From positions 695 through 64,694 of the forward strand of contig JBBISV010000003.1 in the NCBI GenBank assembly GCA_037441085.1: DNA of 64,000 bases, read 5' to 3'. The stretch comes from Gammaproteobacteria bacterium (GTDB lineage Bacteria > Pseudomonadota > Gammaproteobacteria > Steroidobacterales > Steroidobacteraceae). Numbering within the stretch: the first letter of the stretch is position 1; every line of letters begins with the position of its first letter. Below, piece by piece: positions 52,005 through 62,147 of the stretch. The notes beneath the pieces are model-generated. The model was not told where the DNA came from. It made no database searches and saw only the letters and a program-made list of their open reading frames with translations. The translations under genes and the position numbers were made by a program.

Positions 52005-52891
52005 CGGCCGCGTCCCAGGCCGATCGTCACGGTGCCGCCGATGCGCCCGCCGGGAGGCACGAGCGCCATCCGGCCCGCCGCGAGATCCGGACGATTGATC
52101 GCGTCGGCGATGTGGCTGACCGGCTCGACGCCGAAAAAGTCCCGCCCCGGCGGCGTGAATACCCGCAGTACCGGGAAATCCGCGCTCGCCGTGAGCTCGA
52201 CCTCGAGTCCGCAGGCATCGACGATGCCGGCCGCGCCGGACCAGCCGATGAAGTCATTGTCCAGCGCGGCCGCGCCGATCGGACGGCCGGACGCATGGTC
52301 CCAGGATGTGCCGGGATCGAGTTCGCCGGGAAGATCGTCCGCATCGTTGCACCAGCATCCATCCGCCGCGAAGCGCAGCACTTCGCCGCCATTGCGCGGA
52401 AACAAAGGGTGCAGCCCGAGGCCGAGAGGCACCGCGACCGGTTCCAGATTCCTCGCCTCGAGCGCGACACGCAGCCCCCGCGGCGTGAGCGAGATCCTCT
52501 CGGTCGCATCGAACGCGAACGGCCAGTCGAGCGCCTCCTCGCCCTGAGGCCGATGCGCGAGCCGCAGCTCGCAGCCGTCCTCGCCGGCGCGCTCGACCCG
52601 CCAGGCCCTGCGCCAGCCCACCCCGTGCAAGGGGTGCGCGCCGTGCGGGAAATTGCCGCGCAACACGTGCTCACGCCCCGCCGCGCGAAATCGCCCGCGC
52701 GCGATCCGGTTCGCGTATGGCACGAGCGGATAGCAGGCGGTCCCGCGCACTTCGCATCGCTGCACCGCCTGCTCGGGCGTGGGCCGCAGAATCGCGCGGC
52801 CACGCCATGCAAGATTGAGGAGCGAGCCGCCGATCCAGGGCGCGACCTCCGCGCTCCAATCGCCGCAACCCAGTGCGATGCGCGCCGCCAT
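52001..52891 (-). CDS. aldose 1-epimerase family protein; candidate sulfoquinovose mutarotase
   Basis: 296 aa with family-like blocks PLVPYANRI, HPLHGVGW, LGLHPLF and FGVEPVSH. Confidence 0.85.
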   Translation of the reverse strand: MAARIALGCGDWSAEVAPWIGGSLLNLAWRGRAILRPTPEQAVQRCEVRGTACYPLVPYANRIARGRFRAAGREHVLRGNFPHGAHPLHGVGWRRAWRVERAGEDGCELRLAHRPQGEEALDWPFAFDATERISLTPRGLRVALEARNLEPVAVPLGLGLHPLFPRNGGEVLRFAADGCWCNDADDLPGELDPGTSWDHASGRPIGAAALDNDFIGWSGAAGIVDACGLEVELTASADFPVLRVFTPPGRDFFGVEPVSHIADAINRPDLAAGRMALVPPGGRIGGTVTIGLGRGR

Positions 52892-52897
52892 CGCGGC

Positions 52898-53695
52898 TTA
52901 GTAAGCGGCGACGGGGCCGGCGCCCGCGGCCCGGCCGCGGATCGCGCCGATCCAGTCGCCGGCGCGGCCCGTCAACATCGCCAGGTCCGAGCCGACCGCG
53001 ACCCAGTCGTAGCCGTAACCGAGAAACCGCGCGACCATGTCCGGATTGCCGCCGACGATGCCGATCGGCTTGCCCGCCGCGTGCGCATCCCGCGCCGCCT
53101 TCGCGATCAGCGCCTGTACCTCGGGATGTGCCACCTCCCCGATGCGCCCCATCGCCGCGGACAGATCCCCGGGACCCACGAACAGGGAATCGACGCCCGG
53201 CACCGCCGCGATGCGGGGCAGGCGTTCGATCGCCTCCGGAGTCTCGAGCTGGATCACCACCGCGATCCCCTCGTTCGCGCTGCGCAGGTAGTCCGGGCTG
53301 CGCCCGTAGCGGGAGGCGCGATGGATCGCCGCGACGCCGCGCACGCCGGCCGGCGGATAACGCGTATAAGAGACCGCGGCGGCGGCCTCCTCGGCGTTCT
53401 GCACGAACGGGAACATCACGCTGCGCGCACCCGAGTCGAGCACGCGCTTGACGACGACCTGGTCGTTCCAGGGGATCCGCACGACCGACTCGCACGGCGT
53501 GCCGGCAATCGCCCGCAGCAGTCCGATCGTCTCGGCCGCGTCGATCGGACTGTGCTCCATGTCGACGACCAGAAAATCGAAACCGCAGAAGCCGAGCGCC
53601 TCGGCGACGGCCGGCGCGGCCGACATCAACCAGGTGCCGAGCATCGGCGCCTCGCGCGGACCGGACAGGCCCGTCTTGAATGCATTCGTTTCCAT
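52898..53695 (-). CDS. HpcH/HpaI family class II aldolase; candidate 2-keto-3-deoxy-6-sulfogluconate aldolase
   Basis: 265 aa from ATG 53695, with AGGAG 7 nt upstream. Family blocks are FDFLVVDMEHSPID, VRIPWND and GVDSLFVGPGDLS. The listed 491-aa ORF extends through the dehydratase 3' end and was trimmed. Confidence 0.85.
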   Translation of the reverse strand: METNAFKTGLSGPREAPMLGTWLMSAAPAVAEALGFCGFDFLVVDMEHSPIDAAETIGLLRAIAGTPCESVVRIPWNDQVVVKRVLDSGARSVMFPFVQNAEEAAAAVSYTRYPPAGVRGVAAIHRASRYGRSPDYLRSANEGIAVVIQLETPEAIERLPRIAAVPGVDSLFVGPGDLSAAMGRIGEVAHPEVQALIAKAARDAHAAGKPIGIVGGNPDMVARFLGYGYDWVAVGSDLAMLTGRAGDWIGAIRGRAAGAGPVAAY

Positions 53696-53712
53696 CGAAG
53701 GTCTCCTGAGGG

Positions 53713-55479
53713 TCAATAGATCGGCGGCTCCGGCGTGGGCGCGCGGCCGGCGAGGAAGTCGAAATCGCAGCCCTGCGGCGCCTGCCCGACGTGCGCGCGG
53801 TACAGTGCGGCATAGGAGCGCAGATACGGCGACGCCGGCGCATGCCAGTCGGCGCGGCGGCGGTTCCACTCCTCCTCCCCAACCAAGGCGTCGAGCCGTC
53901 CCGCGGCGACGTCGAGCCGGACGCGGTCGCCGGTGCGAAGCAATGCGAGCGGCCCGCCGATCGCCGCCTCCGGCGCCGCATGCACGATGCAGCACCCGTA
54001 ATGGGTGCCGCTCATGCGCGCATCGGAGATGCGCACCATGTCGCGCACGCCGCGCGCGAGCAGCTTCTTCGGGATCGGCAGGTTCCCCCACTCCGGCATG
54101 CCCGGGGCCCCGACCGGACCGGCATTGCGCAGCACGAGAACCGTGTTCTCGTCGACGTCGAGGTCCGGATCGTCGATCCGGGCCGACAGCGTGGCGTGGT
54201 CGTCGAAAACCAGAGCGCGGCCCTCGTGACGCATCAGCCGCGGGTCCGCGGCGCTCGATTTCAGCACCGCGCCGTCGGGACACAGGTTGCCGCGCAGCAG
54301 CGCGAGCGTCGCGCCGCGCGACAACGGCACGACCGGATCGTCGAGACCGCGAATCACCGCATCGTCCCAGCACTTCGCCTCGCGCAGCGCCTCGCCGAGA
54401 CTGCGGCCCTCGACGGTCAACGCGCCGAGGTCGAGCCGGTCCCCGAGCTTGGCGAGCAGCGCCGGAAGCCCCCCGGCGAAGAAAAAGTCCTCCATCAACC
54501 GGTCACCCGAGGGGAACAGGTTCGCGAGCACCGGGGTGAGCCGTGCGGCGGCCGCCAAATCATCGAGGCCGAGCGCGACGCCCGCGCGCCCCGCCAGCGC
54601 GATCAGGTGGATCGCCGCATTGGTGGAGCCGCCGAGCGCCATGTACGCGACGACGCCGTTGCGGAACGCCGCCGCGGTCGCGATGCGATCGATCGTGAGC
54701 CCTTCGGCAACCATCGCGACGATGCGTTCGCCGCTGGCCGAGGCCATGCGCACATGGGCCGAGTCGACCGCGGGAATGGACGATGCACCGGTCAGACAGA
54801 GCCCCATCGCGTCGATGATCGAGGTCATCGTCGAGGCCGTGCCCATCGTGTTGCAGGTGCCGATCGAGCGCGTCATCCGCGATTCGAGGTCGATCCAGTC
54901 GTCGGCGGTGATGTTGCCGGCCCGCAGCTCGTCCCAGTATTTCTTGGTGTGCGTGCCGGCCCCGGTCTTCACGCCGCGCCATTGGCCGTTCGCCATGGGC
55001 CCCGCGGGACAAAAGATCGTCGGCAGGCCCATGCTGATCGCCCCCATCAGCAAACCGGGCGTGGACTTGTCACAACCGCCGAGCAGCACGGCGCCGTCGA
55101 TCGGATGTGACCGCAGCAACTCCTCGGTCTCCATCGCGAGGAAGTTGCGGTACAGCATCGTCGACGGCTTCACCATGACCTCGCCGACCGAAAGCGCGGG
55201 AAGTTCGACCGGATAGCCGCCCGCGAGCAGCACGCCGCGCTTGACCGCCTCGGCGCGCTGGCGCAGGTGGATGTGGCACGGGCTCATCTCGCTCCACGTG
55301 TTCACGATCGCGATCACCGGCCGGCCGAGGAACTCCTCGCGCCTGAGCCCCATCTGCTGGGTGCGCTGCCGGTGCGCGAATCCGCGCATGTCCGCGCTCT
55401 CATACCAGCGGGCGCTGCGCAACGGGCGGGCGCCGGCGGCGGCGGGGGTGTTTTTTGAATTGCTACTTGAATTTGTCAT
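53713..55479 (-). CDS. IlvD/Edd family sugar-acid dehydratase; candidate 6-deoxy-6-sulfogluconate dehydratase
   Basis: 588 aa from ATG 55479 (MTNSSSNSKN), with family motifs GGCDKSTPGLLMGA, TCNTMGTA and ISDARMSGT. Confidence 0.9.
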   Translation of the reverse strand: MTNSSSNSKNTPAAAGARPLRSARWYESADMRGFAHRQRTQQMGLRREEFLGRPVIAIVNTWSEMSPCHIHLRQRAEAVKRGVLLAGGYPVELPALSVGEVMVKPSTMLYRNFLAMETEELLRSHPIDGAVLLGGCDKSTPGLLMGAISMGLPTIFCPAGPMANGQWRGVKTGAGTHTKKYWDELRAGNITADDWIDLESRMTRSIGTCNTMGTASTMTSIIDAMGLCLTGASSIPAVDSAHVRMASASGERIVAMVAEGLTIDRIATAAAFRNGVVAYMALGGSTNAAIHLIALAGRAGVALGLDDLAAAARLTPVLANLFPSGDRLMEDFFFAGGLPALLAKLGDRLDLGALTVEGRSLGEALREAKCWDDAVIRGLDDPVVPLSRGATLALLRGNLCPDGAVLKSSAADPRLMRHEGRALVFDDHATLSARIDDPDLDVDENTVLVLRNAGPVGAPGMPEWGNLPIPKKLLARGVRDMVRISDARMSGTHYGCCIVHAAPEAAIGGPLALLRTGDRVRLDVAAGRLDALVGEEEWNRRRADWHAPASPYLRSYAALYRAHVGQAPQGCDFDFLAGRAPTPEPPIY

Positions 55480-55536
55480 CTTGATCTGTAATCTTATATC
55501 TAATACAAGAGTTACCAAAAGCCATTTGGAACCTGC
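55480..55536. promoter_or_regulatory. 57-bp AT-rich divergent promoter/operator region between the dehydratase and suyA-like genes
   Basis: cttgatctGTAATCTTatatctaatacAAGAGTTACcaaaagcc contains the imperfect inverted repeat GTAA-TCTT / AAGAGTTAC (55488-55515). It also contains the TCTTATATC and AGAGTTA words shared with 46911-46929. Confidence 0.35.
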
Positions 55537-55827
55537 ATGCCAAACATACCCCAATTGTTGATACACGGCCGCCGCGACAACGTCGGCGTCGTCGTCGTCG
55601 AAGGCCTGACCGCCGGGACCGACATGTTCTGCGTCGTGACCGAGGACAACAGCGAGCTGCGGGCGCGCTGCAACCAGGACGTGCCCATCGGCCACAAGGT
55701 GGCCTTGAAGGACCTGGCGGTGGGCGACACCGTGATCAAGTACGGCGAGGACATCGGTCGCGTCGTCGCCCCCATCGCCAAGGGCGACCATGTCCACACC
55801 CACAATCTGAAAACGAAGCGCTGGTAA
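55537..55827 (+). CDS. suyA: SAF-domain small subunit of a split UxaA-family lyase; (2R)-sulfolactate sulfo-lyase subunit alpha candidate
   Basis: 96 aa corresponding to the N-terminal SAF domain of altronate dehydratase-like proteins ([23 protein letters not shown]). It is encoded separately from the large subunit, as in SuyAB. Confidence 0.75.
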   Translation: MPNIPQLLIHGRRDNVGVVVVEGLTAGTDMFCVVTEDNSELRARCNQDVPIGHKVALKDLAVGDTVIKYGEDIGRVVAPIAKGDHVHTHNLKTKRW

Positions 55828-55831
55828 AGCC

Positions 55832-57007
55832 ATGAACCTTTCGAAACGCACCATCTGGGGCTATCGCCGCGAAAACGGCCGTGTCGGCGTGCGCAACCAC
55901 GTCGCGATCCTGCCCCTGGACGACATCTCCAACGCCGCCTGCGAGGCCGTCGCCGCGCACATCCAAGGCACCATCGCGCTGCCGCACGCCTATGGGCGGC
56001 TCCAGTTCGGAGAGGACCTGGAACTGCATTTCCGCACCATGATCGGCACCGGCGCCAACCCGAACGTGGCCGCCTGCATCGTGATCGGCATCGAGCCGCA
56101 CTGGACCGAGAAGGTCGTCGCCGGCATCGCGAAAACCGGCAAGCCCGTAGCGGGCTTCTGGATCGAGGGCAACGGCGACATCGCGACCGTCGCCGCCGCG
56201 GCGCGCAAGGCCAAGGAATTCGTGCACCTGGCCTCCGAACAGGTGCGCGTCGAGTGCCCGCTGACCGACTTGTGGGTTGCCGCCAAATGCGGCGAGAGCG
56301 ACACCACGACGGGGCTCGCCTCCTGCCCGACCGTCGGCAACATGTATGACAAGCTCGTGCCGCAAGGCCTGTACGGATGTTTCGGAGAGACCTCCGAGCT
56401 CACCGGGGCTGAGCATCTCGCGGCGGCGCGCGCGGCCACGCCCGAGATCAGCGCGAAGTTCATGAAGACGTGGACGGCCTATCAGAACGATGTCATCGAG
56501 GCGCACAAGACCTCGGACCTCTCGGACAGCCAGCCCACCAAGGGGAACATCGCCGGCGGGCTGACCACGATCGAGGAGAAGGCGCTCGGCAACCTCGAAA
56601 AGATCGGAAAGAAGATCAAGTACATCGACGTGCTGGGACCGGCGGAAGAGCCGGCACGCGGCGCCGGGCTGTATTTCATGGACACCTCGTCCGCGGCGGC
56701 CGAATGTTGCACGCTTCAAGCCGCCGCCGGCTACGTCGTGCACGTGTTCCCGACCGGACAGGGCAACGTGATCGGCAACCCGATCATGCCGGTCATCAAG
56801 CTGAGCGGCAATCCGCGCACGGTGCGACTGATGAGCGAACACATCGACGTCGACGTCTCCGGCATCATCCGGCGCGAGATCACGATCGACCAAGCCGGCG
56901 ACCGCCTGATCGACTGCATCGTGCGCACGGCGAACGGCCGGTTAACGTCCGCCGAGGCGCTCGGCCATCGCGAGTTCGTGATGACCAAGCTGTACCGCAG
57001 CGCCTGA
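55832..57007 (+). CDS. suyB: UxaA-family large subunit; (2R)-sulfolactate sulfo-lyase subunit beta candidate
   Basis: 391 aa, starting 4 nt after the small-subunit stop. It begins with the [19 protein letters not shown] block typical of the UxaA/GarD C-terminal domain and carries Cys-containing motifs (CGESDTT). Confidence 0.8.
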   Translation: MNLSKRTIWGYRRENGRVGVRNHVAILPLDDISNAACEAVAAHIQGTIALPHAYGRLQFGEDLELHFRTMIGTGANPNVAACIVIGIEPHWTEKVVAGIAKTGKPVAGFWIEGNGDIATVAAAARKAKEFVHLASEQVRVECPLTDLWVAAKCGESDTTTGLASCPTVGNMYDKLVPQGLYGCFGETSELTGAEHLAAARAATPEISAKFMKTWTAYQNDVIEAHKTSDLSDSQPTKGNIAGGLTTIEEKALGNLEKIGKKIKYIDVLGPAEEPARGAGLYFMDTSSAAAECCTLQAAAGYVVHVFPTGQGNVIGNPIMPVIKLSGNPRTVRLMSEHIDVDVSGIIRREITIDQAGDRLIDCIVRTANGRLTSAEALGHREFVMTKLYRSA

Positions 57008-57028
57008 GGGGCTGATGGCGGCACGGCC

Positions 57029-58036
57029 ATGATTCGCATGACCGCGGCGCAGGCCGAGGCGCTCGTCGCACGGGCGCTCGCGGCCTGCGGCACCTCGGCG
57101 TCGAACGCCGAGTCCACCGCCCGGGCCCTGGTCGCGGCCGAAATCGACGGCCAGGCGGGTCACGGCCTCTCGCGCGTGCCGGGTTATGCGGCACAGGTGA
57201 AGGCCGGCAAGGTGAACGGCAGCGCCGTTCCGACCGCGCTGCGCAGCCGCCCCGCCAGTCTTCGAATCGACGCGCGCGGCGGATTCGCCTATCCGGCGCT
57301 CGACCTCGCGATCGAACAGCTCCCGGCGATCGCCCGTGAAACCGGCGTCGCGGCGGCCGGCATACACGCGTCGCATCACATCGGTCAGGCCGGCCGCAGC
57401 GTCGAGCGTCTCGCCGATCGCGGACTGGTCGCGCTGATCGTATCCAACACGCCGCGCGCGATGGCATTCCACGGGGGCACCAAGCCCATGATGGGCACCA
57501 ATCCGCTCGCCTTTGCCGCGCCGATCGCCGGCCGCGCGGCGCTGGTGATCGACCTGTCGCTGTCGCTGGTCGCACGCAGCAAGATCGTCGCCGCCCAGAA
57601 GGCGGGCCGCAAGATCCCGACCGACTGGGCGACCGACGCGAACGGCGCGGCCACCGACGATCCGTCGGCCGCGCTCGCCGGCGCGCTGTTGCCCGCGGGC
57701 GGCTCCAAAGGCGCCGCACTCGCGCTGATGGTCGAAGTGCTCTGCGCGGCGCTCGCCGGCGGCCGCTTCGGCTGGGAGGCGAGTTCTTTTCTGGACGATC
57801 GCGGCGATTCGCCCGACGTCGGCCAGATGCTGGTCGCGCTCGATCCGGACGCGTTCGCCGGACCCGGCTACGGCGCGCGCATGGCGGAGCTCGTTGCGGC
57901 GGTCTGCGCCGAGCCCGGCGTGCGCCTTCCCGGCGACCGGCGTCTCGAACAGCGCGCCCGCGCGCGCATCGACGGGTTTGCGATCGCGCCGGAACTGCAC
58001 GCACAGATCGAAGCACTGGCGGAGAGCGGGCGATGA
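57029..58036 (+). CDS. Ldh_2 (malate/L-lactate/sulfolactate dehydrogenase) family oxidoreductase; (R)-sulfolactate dehydrogenase ComC-like candidate
   Basis: 335 aa with family blocks GHGLSRVPGY, HIGQAG, MGTNPLAFAAP and GSKGAALALMVEVL. The specific substrate is not deducible from sequence alone. Confidence 0.85.
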   Translation: MIRMTAAQAEALVARALAACGTSASNAESTARALVAAEIDGQAGHGLSRVPGYAAQVKAGKVNGSAVPTALRSRPASLRIDARGGFAYPALDLAIEQLPAIARETGVAAAGIHASHHIGQAGRSVERLADRGLVALIVSNTPRAMAFHGGTKPMMGTNPLAFAAPIAGRAALVIDLSLSLVARSKIVAAQKAGRKIPTDWATDANGAATDDPSAALAGALLPAGGSKGAALALMVEVLCAALAGGRFGWEASSFLDDRGDSPDVGQMLVALDPDAFAGPGYGARMAELVAAVCAEPGVRLPGDRRLEQRARARIDGFAIAPELHAQIEALAESGR

Positions 58037-58959
58037 GTGAGATCGTGATCAGTGAATTCATGGATCAGGCGGCGATCGACCGCTCGTTCGCGGGCCGGGA
58101 CGTGCTCTATGACCCGAAGCTCGTCGACCAGCCCGAACGGCTGCTCGCCGCCGTCGCGGACTGCCGCGCGCTGATCGTGCGCAACCGCACGCAGGTGCGC
58201 GGCGCGCTGCTCGCGCAGGCCGCCCGTCTGCAAGTCGTCGGTCGGCTGGGCGTCGGCCTCGACAATATCGACGTCGAAGCCTGCGCGGCGCGCGCGATCA
58301 AGGTGTATCCCGCGACCGGCGCGAACGATCTCGCGGTCGCCGAGTACGTCGTGACCGCGGCGCTGATGTTGCTCCGGCGCGCCTGGTTCGCGACCGAGCG
58401 CGTGGCCGCCGGCACCTGGCCGCGAATGGACCTGATCGGCCGCGAAGGCGCAGGCAAGCGGCTCGGGCTGGTCGGCTTCGGCGCGATCGCCCGACTGACC
58501 GCGCACAAGGCCGCGGCGCTCGACTTCCAGGTGGCGGCATACGATCCCTTCCTGCCCGCGGAACACGCCGCCTGGGCCGGCGTCGAGCGCCTCGCGCTCG
58601 AGGAATTGCTCGGATCCTGCGACGTGATCAGCCTGCATACCCCGCTGACCGCGCAAACGCGGCGCATGATCGATGCCGCGGCGCTCGCGCGGATGAAACC
58701 GACCGCGATCCTGATCAATGCCGCGCGCGGCGGCATCGTCGATGAAGCCGCGCTGATTGCGGCGTTGAAGTCGGGCGGACTCGCCGGCGCGGCGCTCGAC
58801 GTGTTCGAGAACGAGCCGCTCGACGCGGCGACGGGGGCCGCATTTGGCGGCCTGCCGAACTTGATCCTGACGCCCCACATCGCCGGCGTCACCGAGGAAT
58901 CCAACGTCCGGGTCAGCGACGTGACGGCGCGCGCGGTGCGCGCCGCGCTCGACGGCTAG
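58033..58959 (+). CDS. D-isomer-specific 2-hydroxyacid dehydrogenase family protein (SerA-like, short form)
   Basis: 308 aa with the NAD motif GLVGFGAIARLTA and the catalytic region LINAARGGIVDE ... LTPHIAG. Its start overlaps the upstream stop (ATGA). Confidence 0.85.
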   Translation: MSEIVISEFMDQAAIDRSFAGRDVLYDPKLVDQPERLLAAVADCRALIVRNRTQVRGALLAQAARLQVVGRLGVGLDNIDVEACAARAIKVYPATGANDLAVAEYVVTAALMLLRRAWFATERVAAGTWPRMDLIGREGAGKRLGLVGFGAIARLTAHKAAALDFQVAAYDPFLPAEHAAWAGVERLALEELLGSCDVISLHTPLTAQTRRMIDAAALARMKPTAILINAARGGIVDEAALIAALKSGGLAGAALDVFENEPLDAATGAAFGGLPNLILTPHIAGVTEESNVRVSDVTARAVRAALDG

Positions 58960-58988
58960 CGCGCCGCGATGGTCGTGCGCGCCAGCGG

Positions 58989-59708
58989 CTACTGCGCGGT
59001 GACGGTCAGCGTGCCCGCCGCGGCGTTCGCGCTGCCCCCGTAGAACGAGAGCGCGCCGGTCGCCGTCAGCAAGTAGCTCTGCGTATCGGTCTCCGTCAGC
59101 ACCTGATTGGCGTCGTAAATCTTGAAGGTGAACTGCACCACCTCAGGGCTTGCGGGATCCACGGGAACCCGCGTCACCGCGACGCTGATCTGTTCGGTTC
59201 CGAGCACCATGCTCAGCGTATTGTCGGTGTACCGGCTCAATGTCCCCGGTGCCACATCGACCTCCGAACTCTGCGATTCGCCGAGAATGGCGGTGGTCGC
59301 GGCGTCATAGGCGTCGACGACGCTGGTGCCATATGGCGCGGATTGCCCGCCCGCGGTGATGGTACCCGAGATGCTGGTCGACTGAAGAAGCGCAGCGCCG
59401 CCGTTGAAAGTGCCGTTCGTCCCGGCGCTTTGGACAAGCACCCCGGTCCCGGAGAATGGAACGGCGGTGCCGTTGGCGACAACCGTCCCCGAAAGAGTCA
59501 CATTGACGCTCGCGGCAGTCCTCACATAGGCGGCCATCGCCGTCTGGAGATCATAAGAGCCCGCCGGCGGGCCGCTTGGAACGCCGGCGCGCCGAAAAGA
59601 GCTGACCTGTACATGGACGATGACCTCCTTGTTCGTCGCACCGAGTCCTCCATAGGATGCACGCGCCGCGTTAGCTGGTCCAATTCGTGCGGCGTTGCGC
59701 CGGTCCAC
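58989..59708 (-). CDS. hypothetical protein (Thr/Gly/Ala/Ser-rich, beta-rich)
   Basis: 239-aa ORF with no recognisable motifs and no clear signal peptide. I retained it only because no competing gene occupies the interval and its composition differs from the antisense artefact ORFs. Confidence 0.35.
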   Translation of the reverse strand: MDRRNAARIGPANAARASYGGLGATNKEVIVHVQVSSFRRAGVPSGPPAGSYDLQTAMAAYVRTAASVNVTLSGTVVANGTAVPFSGTGVLVQSAGTNGTFNGGAALLQSTSISGTITAGGQSAPYGTSVVDAYDAATTAILGESQSSEVDVAPGTLSRYTDNTLSMVLGTEQISVAVTRVPVDPASPEVVQFTFKIYDANQVLTETDTQSYLLTATGALSFYGGSANAAAGTLTVTAQ

Positions 59709-59769
59709 GATTCATGCGAGGGTCCGGATCAGCGCATCGATTGGGAGATCTGCCGTGTCCAGTGCCTTC

Positions 59770-60477
59770 ATGCCCCCGCGCCGCGTCGTCGCGTTGCTGT
59801 TTCTGACCCTCATCCCGGCGTGCTGGTGCCCCTGCGCGCAGGCGGGACCCCTGGATGCATTGACGGCGAGAGAAGCCTCCGGCGGAGTGCGCGTGGCGCT
59901 CGGCCGGGGTATCGATCAGGCCGTGGCGCGCCTCGGTGTGCCGGGCGGATTTCTGTCGAATCCGAAAGTCCGAATCCCGCTGCCGCCCGCGCTCCGGAAG
60001 ATCGACCGCGGATTGCGCCTCCTGGGGATGGGCGGCGACGCGGAAGCCCTCGACGTCGCCATGAACCACGCCGCCGAGGCGGCGGTCGCCGACTCCAAGC
60101 CGATCCTCGTGCAGGCGCTGCGGCACATGACGATCGAGGATGCCAAGGGAATCCTGACCGGCGGCGATGATTCGGTCACCCAGTATTTCCGCCGGACGAC
60201 CGCCGACTCGCTGCGACGGAAGTTCGAGCCCATCGTCGCGAGCGCGACCGCCCGCGTGCGACTGGCGTCGCTGTACGACCAATATGCCGGTAACGCGGCG
60301 CGGTTCGGACTCGTCAAGGGGGACGATGCCCACTTGAACGACTACGTCACCAGCAAGGCCTTGGACGGTTTGTTCTCGGCGATCGCCGACGAGGAACGGG
60401 CGATTCGCCAGGATCCGCTGCACCAAGGCAGCTCGCTGATCAAACGGGTGTTCGGGGCCCTGAACGACGGCCGATGA
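59770..60477 (+). CDS. DUF4197 family secreted protein
   Basis: 235 aa from ATG 59770, with signal peptide MPPRRVVALLFLTLIPACWCPCAQA. Recalled DUF4197 blocks are GGFLSNPKVRIPLPP, MNHAAEAAV and DAKGILTGGDDSVTQYF. Confidence 0.7.
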   Translation: MPPRRVVALLFLTLIPACWCPCAQAGPLDALTAREASGGVRVALGRGIDQAVARLGVPGGFLSNPKVRIPLPPALRKIDRGLRLLGMGGDAEALDVAMNHAAEAAVADSKPILVQALRHMTIEDAKGILTGGDDSVTQYFRRTTADSLRRKFEPIVASATARVRLASLYDQYAGNAARFGLVKGDDAHLNDYVTSKALDGLFSAIADEERAIRQDPLHQGSSLIKRVFGALNDGR

Positions 60478-60498
60478 GCGGTGGCGCGGAGCGCGGCT

Positions 60499-61143
60499 TC
60501 AGGTTCGATCCGCGGGTCCGATCGCCGCATCCAAGGTCGCCTGACCGAGGGAGAGCGCGCCTTTTTTCTTGAGCGTCTCGGCAAGGCTAAGACGATCGTT
60601 CAACGCGCGGTTCTGGCTCAATTTGAACTTTCCGACGAGGCTGGTGACGACGATTTCCAGGCCGACGATCGCCTGCATCATCGCCCGCAGGTAGTCGGGC
60701 GGCGCATCGCTCATCCGCCAGGGAGCGGGCTCCGCCCCCTCGTGGGTGCGGGTCAGTCGCTCCACCAGCGGGCGCAAGAACGTCTCGTCCTCGCGAATCG
60801 CCACCCGGCCGGTTGCGTGCGCGACCCGGTAATTCCAGGTCGGCACCTGTTTATGCGTTTCATGCGTGCTCGGATACCAATTCGGACTCATATAGGCGTC
60901 CTCGGCACGGAACACCACCAGGACCTCGTCGCCGTCGCGTAACGCCTTCCACACCGGGTTGGCACGGGCCACATGCGCTCGCAGCACGCCGGACCCCGGG
61001 GCCTCGGTGTCCAGGTCGAACGGCACATGGTTCGCATCGAGACCGTTCGGGCCGTGCGTGACGAGAACACCGAGCGGATTCTCGCGGATGAGCCGGTACA
61101 GCGCCTCGACGTCGAAGACCGCGAAATGAGCCGGTACGTACAT
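60499..61143 (-). CDS. FMN-binding negative transcriptional regulator, PaiB family
   Basis: 214 aa from ATG 61143, with the family-typical N-terminus MYVPAHF and the blocks GPNGLDANHVPF, SPNWYPS, VPTWNY and KFKLSQNR. Confidence 0.8.
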   Translation of the reverse strand: MYVPAHFAVFDVEALYRLIRENPLGVLVTHGPNGLDANHVPFDLDTEAPGSGVLRAHVARANPVWKALRDGDEVLVVFRAEDAYMSPNWYPSTHETHKQVPTWNYRVAHATGRVAIREDETFLRPLVERLTRTHEGAEPAPWRMSDAPPDYLRAMMQAIVGLEIVVTSLVGKFKLSQNRALNDRLSLAETLKKKGALSLGQATLDAAIGPADRT

Positions 61144-61180
61144 AGATTGCCACCATGATGCGTTGGAGCGGGCGCGCCGA

Positions 61181-61823
61181 TTATATGCCGCGCTTCGTCC
61201 ACCGGTTACACCGCGACGCTCCGCGCGCCTCGCTCGTTTGCGACGGCGTGTCGTGTACCGTTGCGATCGCAAGCGAAGACAAGGTGCCAACCTGACGGCG
61301 CCCCTGCAACCCATACCAAATCAAGCCGACTCCCAATATGCCGACGATATAGACGTACGCCCACCCAAGCGTTGTACCACGGACCGCGATAGACGACACT
61401 CGGCGGCCATGCCAAGGTGGGTGCCATGCCGGAACCCCAGGCGACGGCGGCGATATTGACGGCGAATCCCCACTTACCCATGGTGAAGTACCCTCCCGCC
61501 GCAAGGTCCGCAGGTGGCCACTGTCCGCGCATGCGCTTATTCAGCATGGAAATGGTCACGAGCAGATAAGCAATCTGGATCATGATCACGGCGATCGCAG
61601 TCACCACCGTGAAGAACTTTGGTTGTTCGACATTCAGCACGAGCACCAACCCGGCCACGGTGCCCGTCACGACCGCGGGAAGAACCGGCGATTGAGTGAA
61701 TCGATTTACATGGGCCAATCGTTCCGAAAATGGCAATGCGTGTCGCGCGCCATGGCAAATGCCAGTCGGATCGCAGCCGTATGTACTGCCAGGAAACTCA
61801 CAACCACGGCGATCGTTATGCAC
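61181..61823 (-). pseudogene. remnant of an APC-family amino acid permease (N-terminally truncated and frameshifted)
   Basis: One frame reads the C-terminal third of an APC permease (ALPFSERLAHVN...TPVLPAVV...GKWGFAVNIAAVAWG...LAWPPSVVYRGPWYNAW). The last TM helix continues in another frame (GWAYVYIVGILGVGLIWYGLQGRR, ORF 61181-61504). The roughly 300 N-terminal residues are absent. Confidence 0.55.
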
Positions 61824-62147
61824 ACGAGGAATATAGGGAGAGGAACCCGAACCATCGACCGTGAAATCATACGTGCCGCGGCAGGAATTAGGCCTTCAAC
61901 GTCAATCGCTTCTTAGTCGCGTGGCGCCCTTTTGCCGCTTCGCACCACTGAACACGAGTGAGCCGGACTTATTTCTGAATGCTTCCCGCACCGTTCGCGC
62001 TTATGGATGATCTCTGCGTATTGATTCCACGCCGCCAGTCCAAGTTCTTTGCGCCTCGAGGCCAATGCACGCGCGGTAAAAGCGACACGACTGATGTGGC
62101 GCCGTCTTCCTCCAGGGCGCGAGATCGGCGACTTTTCGACCGATACT

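Noticed and set aside
61913-62147. ORF tail RALASRRKELGLAAWNQYAEIIHKRERCGKHSE, which looks vaguely like a degenerate XRE/HTH or IS-encoded HTH
   Set aside because: The similarity is weak. The ORF overlaps the thioesterase gene for half its length and lies in low-GC DNA. This is not enough to call a gene or a mobile element.
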